This document shows, one piece after another, positions 35,436-44,741 of a stretch of DNA of 51,133 nucleotides; the first letter of the stretch is position 1; the number at the start of each line of letters is the position of its first letter. The DNA is taken from the NCBI GenBank assembly GCA_045541015.1, contig JAZQIH010000053.1:1-51133 (forward strand), read 5' to 3'. This stretch comes from Anaerovoracaceae bacterium (lineage in GTDB: Bacteria; Bacillota; Clostridia; Peptostreptococcales; Anaerovoracaceae). Below the pieces are notes generated by a model, which worked only from the letters and a program-made list of their open reading frames with translations, ran no database searches and was not told the origin of the DNA. The position numbers were made by a program, and so were the translations under genes.

Positions 35436-36437
35436 TTAGTAGTCTGGTATTGTCCGGTTGTCGTTCTTGTTCCGCGCAAACAGTTCTTTCATAGTATTGT
35501 AGTTATATACTTCTTTGGTCATAGATACAAAACTGTTTATCAGGGTAAGCGCTCCGGAATTCTTTGGCCAGGTCGCAACAAAGTCCATCGTATAAGGTGC
35601 GTTGTCGCCGAAAGATAAGGTTATTGGGTATTCCTTGATCAAAAGGCTGAAAAGGAAGCACTCGAGCGCCATATAAACACCGTAACCGATGGATGCCAGC
35701 TGTATCGCGGTGAGCTGGTTCTTTATCTGCAGGGCTATTTCCGGATAAAAGCCCATATCTTTGAATATGCTTTTTGATATACGGTAAGTGCTCTGGTTTT
35801 CAAAGTTCAATATGAATTTTTCGTTCTTGAATTTCCGCAGATCTATCCACGGATGGTTGAATCCCTCTTTGATCACTGCTTCGCTGCACAGAGGATGGTT
35901 CTTGTTTACAAACAGTACCATCGGGTCGGAAAGGATCAGTTCCTGTTCCAGATCGTCTCTCTCCAAAAAGCCATCTGTATAACGATTGAAAAAAATCAGA
36001 TCCAGCTTTCCTTCATCAAGCATATTCTCGAGAATCCTGGCATCTTCCTCGCAGACTTCAATATTGACATTAGGATACAGGACCTTAAATCTTGATGCTA
36101 CTGCAGGAAACATCGTTATCCCTCGGATGTTCGGAAAACCCACTCTGAACCGTCCCTGGCGGAAGTTCGCGATCTCCTGGAGTTTATTCTCTATTATATC
36201 CTGTGATTTTCTGATGTTCTTGCCCTCGTTTACGACACATTCCCCCGCATATGTAAGAATAAACTTTTTGCCTTTTCTTTCGAACAGTTTTACACCAAGC
36301 CTGTCTTCCAGCTTGCTGATGAATATGCTCAGAGCAGGCTGTGAAACGTGCAGTTTGTCGGCGGCCTTAGACAGACTTCCTTCTTCCGCAATTGCAACAA
36401 CATACTCAACATCTTTGAAGGAGACCCAGATACTCAT
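35436..36437 (-). CDS. LysR family transcriptional regulator (long C-terminus)
   Basis: wHTH VEYVVAIAEEGSLSKAADKLHVSQPALSIFISKLEDRLG. It is divergent from the amidohydrolase operon. Confidence 0.85.
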   Translation of the reverse strand: MSIWVSFKDVEYVVAIAEEGSLSKAADKLHVSQPALSIFISKLEDRLGVKLFERKGKKFILTYAGECVVNEGKNIRKSQDIIENKLQEIANFRQGRFRVGFPNIRGITMFPAVASRFKVLYPNVNIEVCEEDARILENMLDEGKLDLIFFNRYTDGFLERDDLEQELILSDPMVLFVNKNHPLCSEAVIKEGFNHPWIDLRKFKNEKFILNFENQSTYRISKSIFKDMGFYPEIALQIKNQLTAIQLASIGYGVYMALECFLFSLLIKEYPITLSFGDNAPYTMDFVATWPKNSGALTLINSFVSMTKEVYNYNTMKELFARNKNDNRTIPDY

Positions 36438-36628
36438 TTCTACCTCGAATAAGCAATACTAATAATAATCCTAAAATTTATATATTTGCCTAATTATATT
36501 GTAGGGCTTATGATGGAATTAATCAAGGGACAATTATATGGGAGCTTTCCTTTGAAGATCCGGATCAATGTTATTCCCAGAAACAGGCAGAGATATCCCG
36601 AAAGGAGGCAAGGCTAAAGCCACATTTT

Positions 36629-37804
36629 ATGCTTAATAAGTATTTGATCAAAGGCGGTGTGATCCTGTCAGTAATTGACGGAACGGAAACACATGCTGAT
36701 ATTAAGGTCGAGAATGGAATCATAACCAAGATTGCACCGAATATTGAGCCTTGTATCGGTATAGAGGTCATTAACGCCGAGGGATGCTACATAACAACGG
36801 GATGGGTAGACCCTCACACTCATGTTGGATCTGTGCATACCGAAGGTATTGGCGACGGCATCGGTTTGAATCCTTACGATCAACTTCTTCCAAACGGAAT
36901 AACTTACGCTATCGATCCCGGTACAAGCGGACCGTTCAATTATGAAGAGTACAGAAGACAGGTAATGTACCGGACTGATCTAAGGTACAAGACCTATCTT
37001 GATATGGCATTGTACGGTATCAATCTCAAGCGCATGGATACTTCAGGACCATCTGACGTGGATGAGGATAAAGTAAGAGAGGTCTTCAAAAAGTACAGGG
37101 ACGAGTTCCTTGGACTCAAGGTCAGGATAGACCCGAACTATTGCTGGGATCCTATGTATATGCTCTCAAGGACCAGGGCACTTGCGGATGAGCTTGGGAC
37201 CTATATTCTTGTTCATGCTCCAAGACTGGAGGAAAACATCGAGGACGTGCTGTCCTATCTTAAGGCAGGAGATGTTCTGACACATATCTATTCCGGAAAA
37301 TCGCCGAAAATGAGACTCACGGATGATAACGGAAAACTTAAGGCATGTGTACGGGACGCCCAGCAAAGAGGCGTGATATTCGATATAGGTCATGGAACGA
37401 ATGTGTTCTGCTATAAAGTCGCGGAGGACGCATTTAAAGAAGGCTTTATACCGGATACGTTCTCAACAGATCTCTGGCCGCTGACGTATCATGGACTCGC
37501 CTATAATATGGCTACGATCCTCACAAAAATGAGAGGCGTAATGGGCCTTCCGTGGTATCAGCTTATTCAGAAATGCACAGTTGCTCCGGTAAAGCTTAAC
37601 CGTATACCGGATAAGGATGTAACGGTAGAGGAAGGCAAGATAGCCGATTTCGTTGTATTCTCGATAGATAAAGGCAAGTTCCTTTATACCGATTCCGAAA
37701 AAGATGACCGTATCGTAAATGAGAGGATACACCTGCGCTATACCTGTCTTAAAGACAAAATATATCTCAATATGAGAACTGATGATGTGACCGAAGTCGA
37801 ATAA
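36629..37804 (+). CDS. amidohydrolase-superfamily metallohydrolase (dihydroorotase/deacetylase-like)
   Basis: The N-terminal beta-sandwich pattern IKGGVILSV...IKVENGIITKI is followed by GWVDPHTHVG (HxH), later VHAP and DIGHG metal-ligand-like motifs. Confidence 0.7.
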   Translation: MLNKYLIKGGVILSVIDGTETHADIKVENGIITKIAPNIEPCIGIEVINAEGCYITTGWVDPHTHVGSVHTEGIGDGIGLNPYDQLLPNGITYAIDPGTSGPFNYEEYRRQVMYRTDLRYKTYLDMALYGINLKRMDTSGPSDVDEDKVREVFKKYRDEFLGLKVRIDPNYCWDPMYMLSRTRALADELGTYILVHAPRLEENIEDVLSYLKAGDVLTHIYSGKSPKMRLTDDNGKLKACVRDAQQRGVIFDIGHGTNVFCYKVAEDAFKEGFIPDTFSTDLWPLTYHGLAYNMATILTKMRGVMGLPWYQLIQKCTVAPVKLNRIPDKDVTVEEGKIADFVVFSIDKGKFLYTDSEKDDRIVNERIHLRYTCLKDKIYLNMRTDDVTEVE

Positions 37805-37820
37805 TAAGGAGGGAATCATC

Positions 37821-39104
37821 ATGTCACCTATTGCAATATGTTTGATTATTTTTGTTATATCCCTAGTGCTGTATGCCGCAGGGACCAAAAAGATCCCCAT
37901 GGGTGTAACGGCCATGCTTTCGATAGCGGCGCTGCTCTTTACGAAATGCATAACAGCTAGTGCTGCGACCGCAATGTTTTCGAACACCAACGTAATAATG
38001 ATTGCGTCAATGTTCGTAATGTCAAACGCCCTTGGAAGAACAACTTATATCAAGAAGTTTTCCAGAGCGTTTATCAAGCTCACCGGCAACAGCTTTAAGG
38101 GCGCCTGGATAGGCTATACACTGCTTGCGCTTATCCTTACCAGCGTTCTGACAAGTTCGATGGTAGTCTTCAGTATCCTCTTCCCGCTCTGCGCCAGCAT
38201 GTGCGATGAGTTCGGAGTAAGCAGGTCCAAAGTTATGTATCCATTGATGGTATTGGCTTTGATCGGCAGCCCTGTTGCACCTTCGGGATATGCTGTCACC
38301 GCTATGTCCCAGATCAACGGATACTTTGAACAGTTTGGCGTTAAGGCTGCGGTCGCGCTGACAGATTTCCTCAAAGCAAGATGGGGCGTGTATATCGTTG
38401 GTATACTGTGGTCCATATTCTATGTTCCCAGAGTTGCTCCCGATAACGTTATCGATACCGGTGTGGACAGCAAACAGGCCTCCGGTAAGGAGATCCCAAA
38501 GTATGCTGATCTCGGATGCGTGATCATTTTCTTCGCCTGCGTGATCATGATGCTCCTCAATAAGGTTACCGGGATCGCGCCCTGGCAGGTCGCTTTTGCT
38601 GCAGCATGTCTGGCATCCGCAACAGGCATCATGAGCAAGAAAGAGATTATAGAGTCTATGAATCTTGACATGGTGCTGATGCTTGTGGGCGCGCTGACTA
38701 TGGCCGGCGCACTTCAGACAACCGGCGCAGGAGCCTACGTCGGAGATCTTCTCGCGAAACTCGTTGGAAACACCCACAACAGCTATGTACTCGGAGCACT
38801 GTTCTATGTTGTCCCGTTCATTGTAACTCAGTTTATGATGAACCAGGCTACCATGAACATCTTCTATCCGATAGCTATTCTTACCTGCCAGTCTCTCGGC
38901 GCCAATCCGGTCGGAGTATGCATACTTGTTTCCGCAGGCTGCATGTGCTCCTTCCTCACGCCGATGGCAACTCCGGGAATTGGTATGGCAATGTCTCTTG
39001 GCGGACACGATATCAAGCAGCTGCTTAAGATGGGCTGGCTCCTTGCAGTTGTCCTCGCAGTCGTTCAGGTAGTGATCTGCATGACAGCCTTCCCGGCATT
39101 TTGA
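37821..39104 (+). CDS. SLC13/DASS or CitMHS-type anion (di/tricarboxylate) permease
   Basis: It has about 12 TM with an inverted-repeat architecture and re-entrant-like segments. The family call comes from overall pattern and context with cit-like genes. Confidence 0.6.
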   Translation: MSPIAICLIIFVISLVLYAAGTKKIPMGVTAMLSIAALLFTKCITASAATAMFSNTNVIMIASMFVMSNALGRTTYIKKFSRAFIKLTGNSFKGAWIGYTLLALILTSVLTSSMVVFSILFPLCASMCDEFGVSRSKVMYPLMVLALIGSPVAPSGYAVTAMSQINGYFEQFGVKAAVALTDFLKARWGVYIVGILWSIFYVPRVAPDNVIDTGVDSKQASGKEIPKYADLGCVIIFFACVIMMLLNKVTGIAPWQVAFAAACLASATGIMSKKEIIESMNLDMVLMLVGALTMAGALQTTGAGAYVGDLLAKLVGNTHNSYVLGALFYVVPFIVTQFMMNQATMNIFYPIAILTCQSLGANPVGVCILVSAGCMCSFLTPMATPGIGMAMSLGGHDIKQLLKMGWLLAVVLAVVQVVICMTAFPAF

Positions 39105-39142
39105 TAATGCTGTAAACGTTTATTCTATACGGAGGAAGGATC

Positions 39143-39412
39143 ATGAAAATCAAATTTACTGCAAGCGCAGGAACTGAAAACAAAGAAGATCTGATAGTCC
39201 GTATCGAACCGTCAGAAACGTTCGAAATATCGATAGAATCAACTGTGGGAAAGCTGTTTGAGAAATCAATACGGGAATCTGTAACAGATGAACTGAAAAA
39301 ACTCGGGATAAGTTCCTGCAAGGTCATGGTAAGAGACTTCAGCGCGCTGGATTATACAGTAAGATCCAGAGCTGAATGTGCCGGCCGCAGAGCATTGGGG
39401 GAAACCATATGA
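39143..39412 (+). CDS. citrate lyase acyl-carrier (CitD)-like protein lacking the canonical prosthetic-group serine
   Basis: MKIKFTASAGTENKEDLIVRI aligns with the CitD pattern ..AGT/S-x-ES-S/G-D-x-MV.I; Lys occupies the position of Ser14. DFSALDY corresponds to DKGALDC. Confidence 0.65.
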   Translation: MKIKFTASAGTENKEDLIVRIEPSETFEISIESTVGKLFEKSIRESVTDELKKLGISSCKVMVRDFSALDYTVRSRAECAGRRALGETI

Positions 39413-40266
39413 AAAGCTTTCTGTTTATTCCTGGCAATAATCCAAAGATGCTTTCGCAGATGGACTTCCTTGGAGCTGACAGCATATTGATCGATCTTGA
39501 GGATGCCGTTGCTGCTTCAGAAAAAGATGCCGCAAGAATACTCGTGCGGAACGCAATAAAATACGTTCCGCACAGTACCTGTGTGGGTGTGAGGATAAAC
39601 TCTCTCGATACTCCGTTTTGGAAAAAAGATCTGGAAGAAATACTTCCATTAGGTGTGGATTATATAGTATTGCCTAAAGTCAGCTGCGCAGAAGATATCA
39701 AAAAACTGCACGCTGTGATGGGTTCAGTCATATCCGAAACGAAGCTTCCCAAAGTCATTGCATTGATCGAGACTGCGCTGGGCGTTGAAAATGCTTACTC
39801 CATAGCGGCTTCAGACCCGCTTCTTGAAGCACTCTTTCTTGGAGCAGAGGATCTGACTGCGGATCTGTGTGCGAAAAGAACGGATGGAGGAGCGGAAATA
39901 CTGTATAGCCGCGGCAGGCTGGTCTGTGCTGCGCGCGCCTGCGGAAAAGAAGTATATGATACTCCTTATACCGATATTGCCGATACCGCCGGGCTGCGCA
40001 GTGATGCCGAAACAGCAAAACACATGGGATTTACAGGCAAAGCATGTATCAATCCTGCACAGATCGATATCGTCAACGCAGTTTTTGCCCCGACACCTGA
40101 GGAGACAGAGTATGCTCTGAAGGTCATCCGCGCAGACAAGGAAGGCAGGAAAAAAGGACTTGGCGCAGTTTCTTTGGATGGAAAAATGATCGATGCGCCT
40201 ATTGTAGCCAGGGCACGGTATACACTTCGCTTAGCAGGAATAGACCCTGAAGGAGGTGGAGATTGA
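39409..40266 (+). CDS. CitE-like HpcH/HpaI-family acyl-CoA lyase (citrate lyase beta-like)
   Basis: SFLFIPGNNPKMLSQ...ADSILIDLEDAVA..EKD.AR matches the CitE N-terminus. The ATGA overlap with the CitD-like stop is present. Confidence 0.8.
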   Translation: MKSFLFIPGNNPKMLSQMDFLGADSILIDLEDAVAASEKDAARILVRNAIKYVPHSTCVGVRINSLDTPFWKKDLEEILPLGVDYIVLPKVSCAEDIKKLHAVMGSVISETKLPKVIALIETALGVENAYSIAASDPLLEALFLGAEDLTADLCAKRTDGGAEILYSRGRLVCAARACGKEVYDTPYTDIADTAGLRSDAETAKHMGFTGKACINPAQIDIVNAVFAPTPEETEYALKVIRADKEGRKKGLGAVSLDGKMIDAPIVARARYTLRLAGIDPEGGGD

Positions 40267-41660
40267 CAGTTTATAACAATCTGAAAGACGCTGTAAAAGC
40301 AAGCGGACTTAAGGATGGAATGACTGTATCATTTCATCACCACCTGCGAAACGGCGATCATGTGATGAATACTGTACTGGACGCGATATCTGATATTGGG
40401 ATCAGAAACATATACGTTAACGCGTCATCCGTAATGGATGTACATGAAAGGATCGTTCATCATATCAATACCGGCGTGGTCACCGGGATAGAAACTTCAT
40501 ATTTGTGCGCTAACGTCGGAAGACAGATATCATCCGGCGTACTGAGCACTCCGGTAGTATTCAAGTCACACGGCGGCCGCGCTGCGGATATAATCAGCGG
40601 GAAAACTCACATAGATGTCGCCTTTGTTGCGGTATCGGCTGCGGACCGCGAAGGAAACGCCACAGGGCTTATAGGCAGATCTGCGTTTGGAGGTATCGGA
40701 TACGCTTCTGCCGATGCCGAACACGCTTCATATGTTGTTCTGGTCACCGACAACTACATTAATGACAGGCTGCTTGACAGTCCTTCTATCAATGGAAAGT
40801 ATGTCGATTCGATAGTTGTGATCGACAGCATCGGGGACCCGTCCGGCATCGTTTCAAGCACAACACAGATCACAAGGAGCCCGGTAAGGCTTAAGATCGC
40901 AAAAGATGTTGTCCGTGCTATGAAGGCAGCCGGCTGCATTAAAGACGGTATGAATTTCCAGACAGGAGCTGGCGGAACTGCTCTTGCTGTAGCGAAGTAT
41001 CTGTATGATGAGCTGCAGACCGAAGGTATACGCGGGGAAAGCTGCATCGGCGGCATTACAGAATTCATGGTAAGAATGCAACGTGCCGGACTGTTTGAAA
41101 AGATCTATGACGTGCAGTGCTTCGACCGCGAAAGCGTAAAGTCTCTGGCTGAAGACCCGGACCATATCGAGATCACTGCGGAGGAATACGCCAGCCCGGA
41201 TATCCGCTCATATGTAGATACTTTGGACGCCGTGATCCTTGGCGCCACCGAAATCGATCTGGATTTTAATGTCAATGTGCATACGGATTCTTTCGGAAAT
41301 ATCATGGGTGGAAGCGGAGGACATTCTGATGCCGCGCAAGGCTCTAAGCTCACAATCATTGCTGCGCCGCTGTTCCGCGGGAGAATAAGCCTGATCAGAG
41401 ACAAAGTCACAGCTGTGTCCACCCCGGGAAAATATGTAGACATGCTTGTGACTGAATATGGTACAGCAATTAATCCTGCAAGGAAGGATCTTCAAGGAAA
41501 ATTAAAAGCATCCGGGGTAAAGATCATGAGCATTGAGGAACAATACGCTGTCGCACTCAAGCTTGCCGGAAAGCCGCAGCCAATAAGCTTTAAAGACAGG
41601 ATCGTGGGTGAGATATATTTCCGCACCGGTAAGCTGATAGATGTAATCAGGCAGTGCTGA
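40263..41660 (+). CDS. CitF-like citrate lyase alpha subunit / CoA-transferase
   Basis: LKDGMTVSFHHHLRNGD...SHGGRA...IDVAFVAVSAADREGNA parallels E. coli CitF blocks. The TTG start overlaps the CitE-like stop (TTGA). Confidence 0.75.
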   Translation: MTVYNNLKDAVKASGLKDGMTVSFHHHLRNGDHVMNTVLDAISDIGIRNIYVNASSVMDVHERIVHHINTGVVTGIETSYLCANVGRQISSGVLSTPVVFKSHGGRAADIISGKTHIDVAFVAVSAADREGNATGLIGRSAFGGIGYASADAEHASYVVLVTDNYINDRLLDSPSINGKYVDSIVVIDSIGDPSGIVSSTTQITRSPVRLKIAKDVVRAMKAAGCIKDGMNFQTGAGGTALAVAKYLYDELQTEGIRGESCIGGITEFMVRMQRAGLFEKIYDVQCFDRESVKSLAEDPDHIEITAEEYASPDIRSYVDTLDAVILGATEIDLDFNVNVHTDSFGNIMGGSGGHSDAAQGSKLTIIAAPLFRGRISLIRDKVTAVSTPGKYVDMLVTEYGTAINPARKDLQGKLKASGVKIMSIEEQYAVALKLAGKPQPISFKDRIVGEIYFRTGKLIDVIRQC

Positions 41661-41704
41661 TGATCTTCATCCACATTGACGGCGAGTCACCATATAAAAG
41701 GACT

Positions 41705-41764
41705 CAAAAAGCAAACGAACTGCGATTATTGAAATCGCAGTTCGAGCGTTTGTAAGTTGGTGGA
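41705..41764. repeat. ~60-bp direct repeat, copy 2 (hairpin; probable bidirectional terminator)
   Basis: caaaaagcaaacgaactgcgattattgaaatcgcagttcgagcgtttgtaagttggtgga. Confidence 0.9.
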
Positions 41765-41865
41765 ACAGAACATCTAAAATCCGAAAAACTCACAGAATAA
41801 TCATACTGATAATCCATCTTTAAAGAAAAAAGTAACATAAAAGCGCCCCTTTTATAGGGGTGCTT

Positions 41866-42063
41866 TTATAAGCTCAATCTGGGCTGCTCATCTTCAGTTC
41901 TAAACTTGCCTAGTATCTCCAGCATGTGCTTTTCGATCTTTTCTGGGTCATTATCAAACCCAGCGCAGATGACGCGAAGCCCATCCGGCGTTAAAACACG
42001 TCCATGCAAAACGTCGCGTTGATATTGCTTATAGGCCTCATACTCCCTGTCTGTAATGTGTTT
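41866..42063 (-). CDS. 65-aa hypothetical protein, or the C-terminal part of the upstream ORF if the A8 tract is frameshifted
   Basis: MKHITDREYEAYK... is preceded by gaggt. Its reading frame stays open upstream across the stop of the 356-aa ORF. Confidence 0.4.
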   Translation of the reverse strand, partial: KHITDREYEAYKQYQRDVLHGRVLTPDGLRVICAGFDNDPEKIEKHMLEILGKFRTEDEQPRLSL

Positions 42064-42079
42064 CATAACGACCTCAATA

Positions 42080-43150
42080 CTACTTTTTTTTGCTTTGAAA
42101 ATGACGTTTCGTTTCATTTTCAGGACTCGCATAAAAATACAACACACTATGTTCATCCGGCATATTAACCTTGAGTTTTTTACTTACATCTGCAAGTCTA
42201 AATATACCCTTTGATTCATTTGCCAGTATGGCTTCTTTAAAGAATTCAAACGAGTCCTCTTTTTCAAAATATCTAAAAGGCAAAAGGCGCTCTAAGGAAG
42301 CAATTAGCTTGGAACCCATAAATCTTTTATATATATCATCCCATTCAAGATGCAAAACACCATTTATTGTGTTAAACAGACTTGTAACATGGTAATTGTT
42401 TATCTCCATCAGGAATATATTTGGCATTCCATTATCAAGTAGCTGATATTTATTTTGTTTATTAGAATAATCTTCAAAAATGTAGACTAATTCGTTTTTG
42501 TCTTTCATTCCGGACGTTTCAAGATATGTAGTTGCAAAAACAAAATCTAATGCCTGATCATACTTTTTTTCTTCTATAAGCAGATGTGCCATCTGTGAAT
42601 AGTTTATTGCCAAGCTTTCCCACATTTGCTTACTCGTATAAGAAAGTATTCTCTTGTTGAATATTCCCCACGCTATATCAGAGTTTTTAACCTTATGAAG
42701 GTTCTGCGCTTTAGTGAATTCTCCAGCCTCAATATTGTAAGGATGTTCATGCAAATATACAATGTAATCATATTTCTCAAGCGCAACTCTGCCTTCTGGA
42801 GTAAGTGTAACGACTGTACCATTCTTAGCTAAACACCCTTCACTCAAATATGCTCGGGCTACTGTGTTAAAGTCTATTAAGTAGTCATTTTCAAACCATT
42901 TTGGGTATTTGTTTGTAGATAAATCATAACCTTGTTTCTTTTTTGAAATCCACCACAGTACCAGTGCATCATTTTCCGGAAAAACGGTTATTACTCTACC
43001 AGTCGGTGTCGTCACCTTTCCTTTTGATGCCACAGTATGCTTTGCTTCAGCCTCTACGCCTAGCGCCTTATTGATAAGATCTTGAGGTTTGTTTTCAGTA
43101 ATAATGGTTTTCCCCTGAGAAACTACTTTTTTAAGCTTATCAAACAGCAT
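42080..43150 (-). CDS. 356-aa hypothetical protein (low GC)
   Basis: A long ORF with aaggag RBS and no motif I recognise. It ends ...SKKK-stop inside an A8 run. Confidence 0.55.
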   Translation of the reverse strand: MLFDKLKKVVSQGKTIITENKPQDLINKALGVEAEAKHTVASKGKVTTPTGRVITVFPENDALVLWWISKKKQGYDLSTNKYPKWFENDYLIDFNTVARAYLSEGCLAKNGTVVTLTPEGRVALEKYDYIVYLHEHPYNIEAGEFTKAQNLHKVKNSDIAWGIFNKRILSYTSKQMWESLAINYSQMAHLLIEEKKYDQALDFVFATTYLETSGMKDKNELVYIFEDYSNKQNKYQLLDNGMPNIFLMEINNYHVTSLFNTINGVLHLEWDDIYKRFMGSKLIASLERLLPFRYFEKEDSFEFFKEAILANESKGIFRLADVSKKLKVNMPDEHSVLYFYASPENETKRHFQSKKK

Positions 43151-43529
43151 AAGATGATTCTCCTTTAGCTTGCTCTGTGATACTGTTATTTTATTATACC
43201 ACAGGCGCTGTTAAGGTGACGGTTATTTTAGTCATATTATGTAAATAGCCGAAGCAATCAATATGCATCGGCTAAAAATTCTTACATGAAATTAATCCTG
43301 TTCTTGAAAGCTGTTTCAATCTGTATCTGCTATAGATCCTCTTTTCTCATAGGTAATAAGATTGTCCTTGAATGATCGGATCATTCTATCTCGAAGATGC
43401 GCTGGGGACAATATTTCAGCCGTATCTCGTTCAAATCTACGGAAGTATAGTGGTCTATAAGATTAGAATGGGATTCGATAATCGTCTTGTTAGTTGAAGA
43501 TATCGGGTTGGGTATGACTCAGTTTCTTA

Positions 43530-44741
43530 CTAAGGATTTCTGATACATAGGCAGAGTCCCATTGAGATGGCCGCTAGAATCAGTAACAGTATAAAGGCGG
43601 CATTGCAGGATCCCGTAGACGCGATAAGCGAGCTGCAAGCTATCGAGCTGAGCGAAGAAAACAGAACTTTTGTGTTGCTGAGCCCATAGTTTAGCGGAAA
43701 GTCCCTGGGCCCATACGCCGACGATATAAATACCGAGCTTATTACAGGAATGCTTGAGTAAGAAATACCAGCCAGACCAAGACCAATGATTCCGATATAC
43801 AGGTTTGTATTAATTGAGGCCAAAAGCATAACAGCGGGCGCGGCTACTGTTATGAGACTTGCCATAAACATAGTTTTACGGTAGCCTAACGCGTCAAATG
43901 TAAGTCCCCAGATGATACGTCCAAGTCCGTTGAATACTGAAAGAACGCCTGCAAGTGTTGCCGCAAGCGCGGCTGTAGCACCAAATGAAGCTGCTATCTC
44001 CCGCGCAAGTCCAATGGATGAACTTCCGATAGCTGCGCCGCTAATGCCATAGGCAAAGAATAACCAGTACGATGGACGCCTAATTGTTTCAACAAATGAG
44101 AAATTGTTTTGGATCCCGGGTCTATTCAGTTTACTTTTGACGGTGGGGATCTCATCATCTTTGTGTGGAGCTCGCAGCAGCACTGCGATCAATACAAGAA
44201 CTGTAAAAATAGAAACAGCAAAGACCCTGATGACAATGCGCCAATTCGTTGATTCAAAAGCTTCTGAAAGAACTCTTCCAAATACCAGTACGCTTATTCC
44301 GAAACCCATCATAAGTATGCCGGATGCAAATCCCTTCTTGTCTGGAAACCATGAATTAACAGTAGAGAGGAATACGTTATAGGCAATACCGATACCCAGA
44401 CCTACACAGACACCATAGGAGAGGAAAAGCGTAATAATACTATATCCCTGAAAAGATGTCAGCAAAAATCCGATAAGTATCAGACCCGCAGCCGTCAGTA
44501 ATATCGGTCTGATCTTGATTTTTTTTGTTGTGAATGCTGCCAGTATATTACCAAGACAGTAGCAGCCTATGGAAACAGTGTAGACAGCAGTCAATGTGGA
44601 AGGGTTCCAGCTGAATTCTTTGGTAAAGGGCACCTTAAGTATGGACCATCCGTAGATGATACCAACAAAAAGCATTCCAATAAAGCCTTCAGCAAGATAT
44701 AACCTTCTGGTTTTTAAAGTGGTCTGCAGATCCATGTTCAC
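43530..44741 (-). CDS. MFS transporter, oxalate/formate antiporter (OFA)-like
   Basis: 12 TM. The N-terminal RRLYLAEGFIGMLFVGIIYGWSI pattern is typical of OFA-family MFS. GTG start overlaps the upstream stop. Confidence 0.75.
   Translation of the reverse strand: MNMDLQTTLKTRRLYLAEGFIGMLFVGIIYGWSILKVPFTKEFSWNPSTLTAVYTVSIGCYCLGNILAAFTTKKIKIRPILLTAAGLILIGFLLTSFQGYSIITLFLSYGVCVGLGIGIAYNVFLSTVNSWFPDKKGFASGILMMGFGISVLVFGRVLSEAFESTNWRIVIRVFAVSIFTVLVLIAVLLRAPHKDDEIPTVKSKLNRPGIQNNFSFVETIRRPSYWLFFAYGISGAAIGSSSIGLAREIAASFGATAALAATLAGVLSVFNGLGRIIWGLTFDALGYRKTMFMASLITVAAPAVMLLASINTNLYIGIIGLGLAGISYSSIPVISSVFISSAYGPRDFPLNYGLSNTKVLFSSLSSIACSSLIASTGSCNAAFILLLILAAISMGLCLCIRNP

Noticed and set aside
21877-39008. 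Antisense or overlapping ORFs in the accessory part (21877-22848 plus, 23764-24283 minus, 24474-25013 minus, 25518-26054 minus, 29193-30749 plus, 35986-36462 plus, 37463-37990 minus, 38022-39008 minus)
   Set aside because: They lie opposite recognisable genes (Fic/Doc, 4Fe-4S protein, AhpD-like fusion, XRE, relaxase, LysR, amidohydrolase, permease). They have no motifs and no RBS.
43151-43529. Possible gene remnant on the minus strand (frame reading LYFRRFERDTAEILSPAHLRDRMIRSFKDNLITYEKRGSIADTD)
   Set aside because: It is stop-bounded at about 50 codons with no start codon or RBS and no family I recognise. It is treated as non-coding spacer and could still be a decayed fragment.
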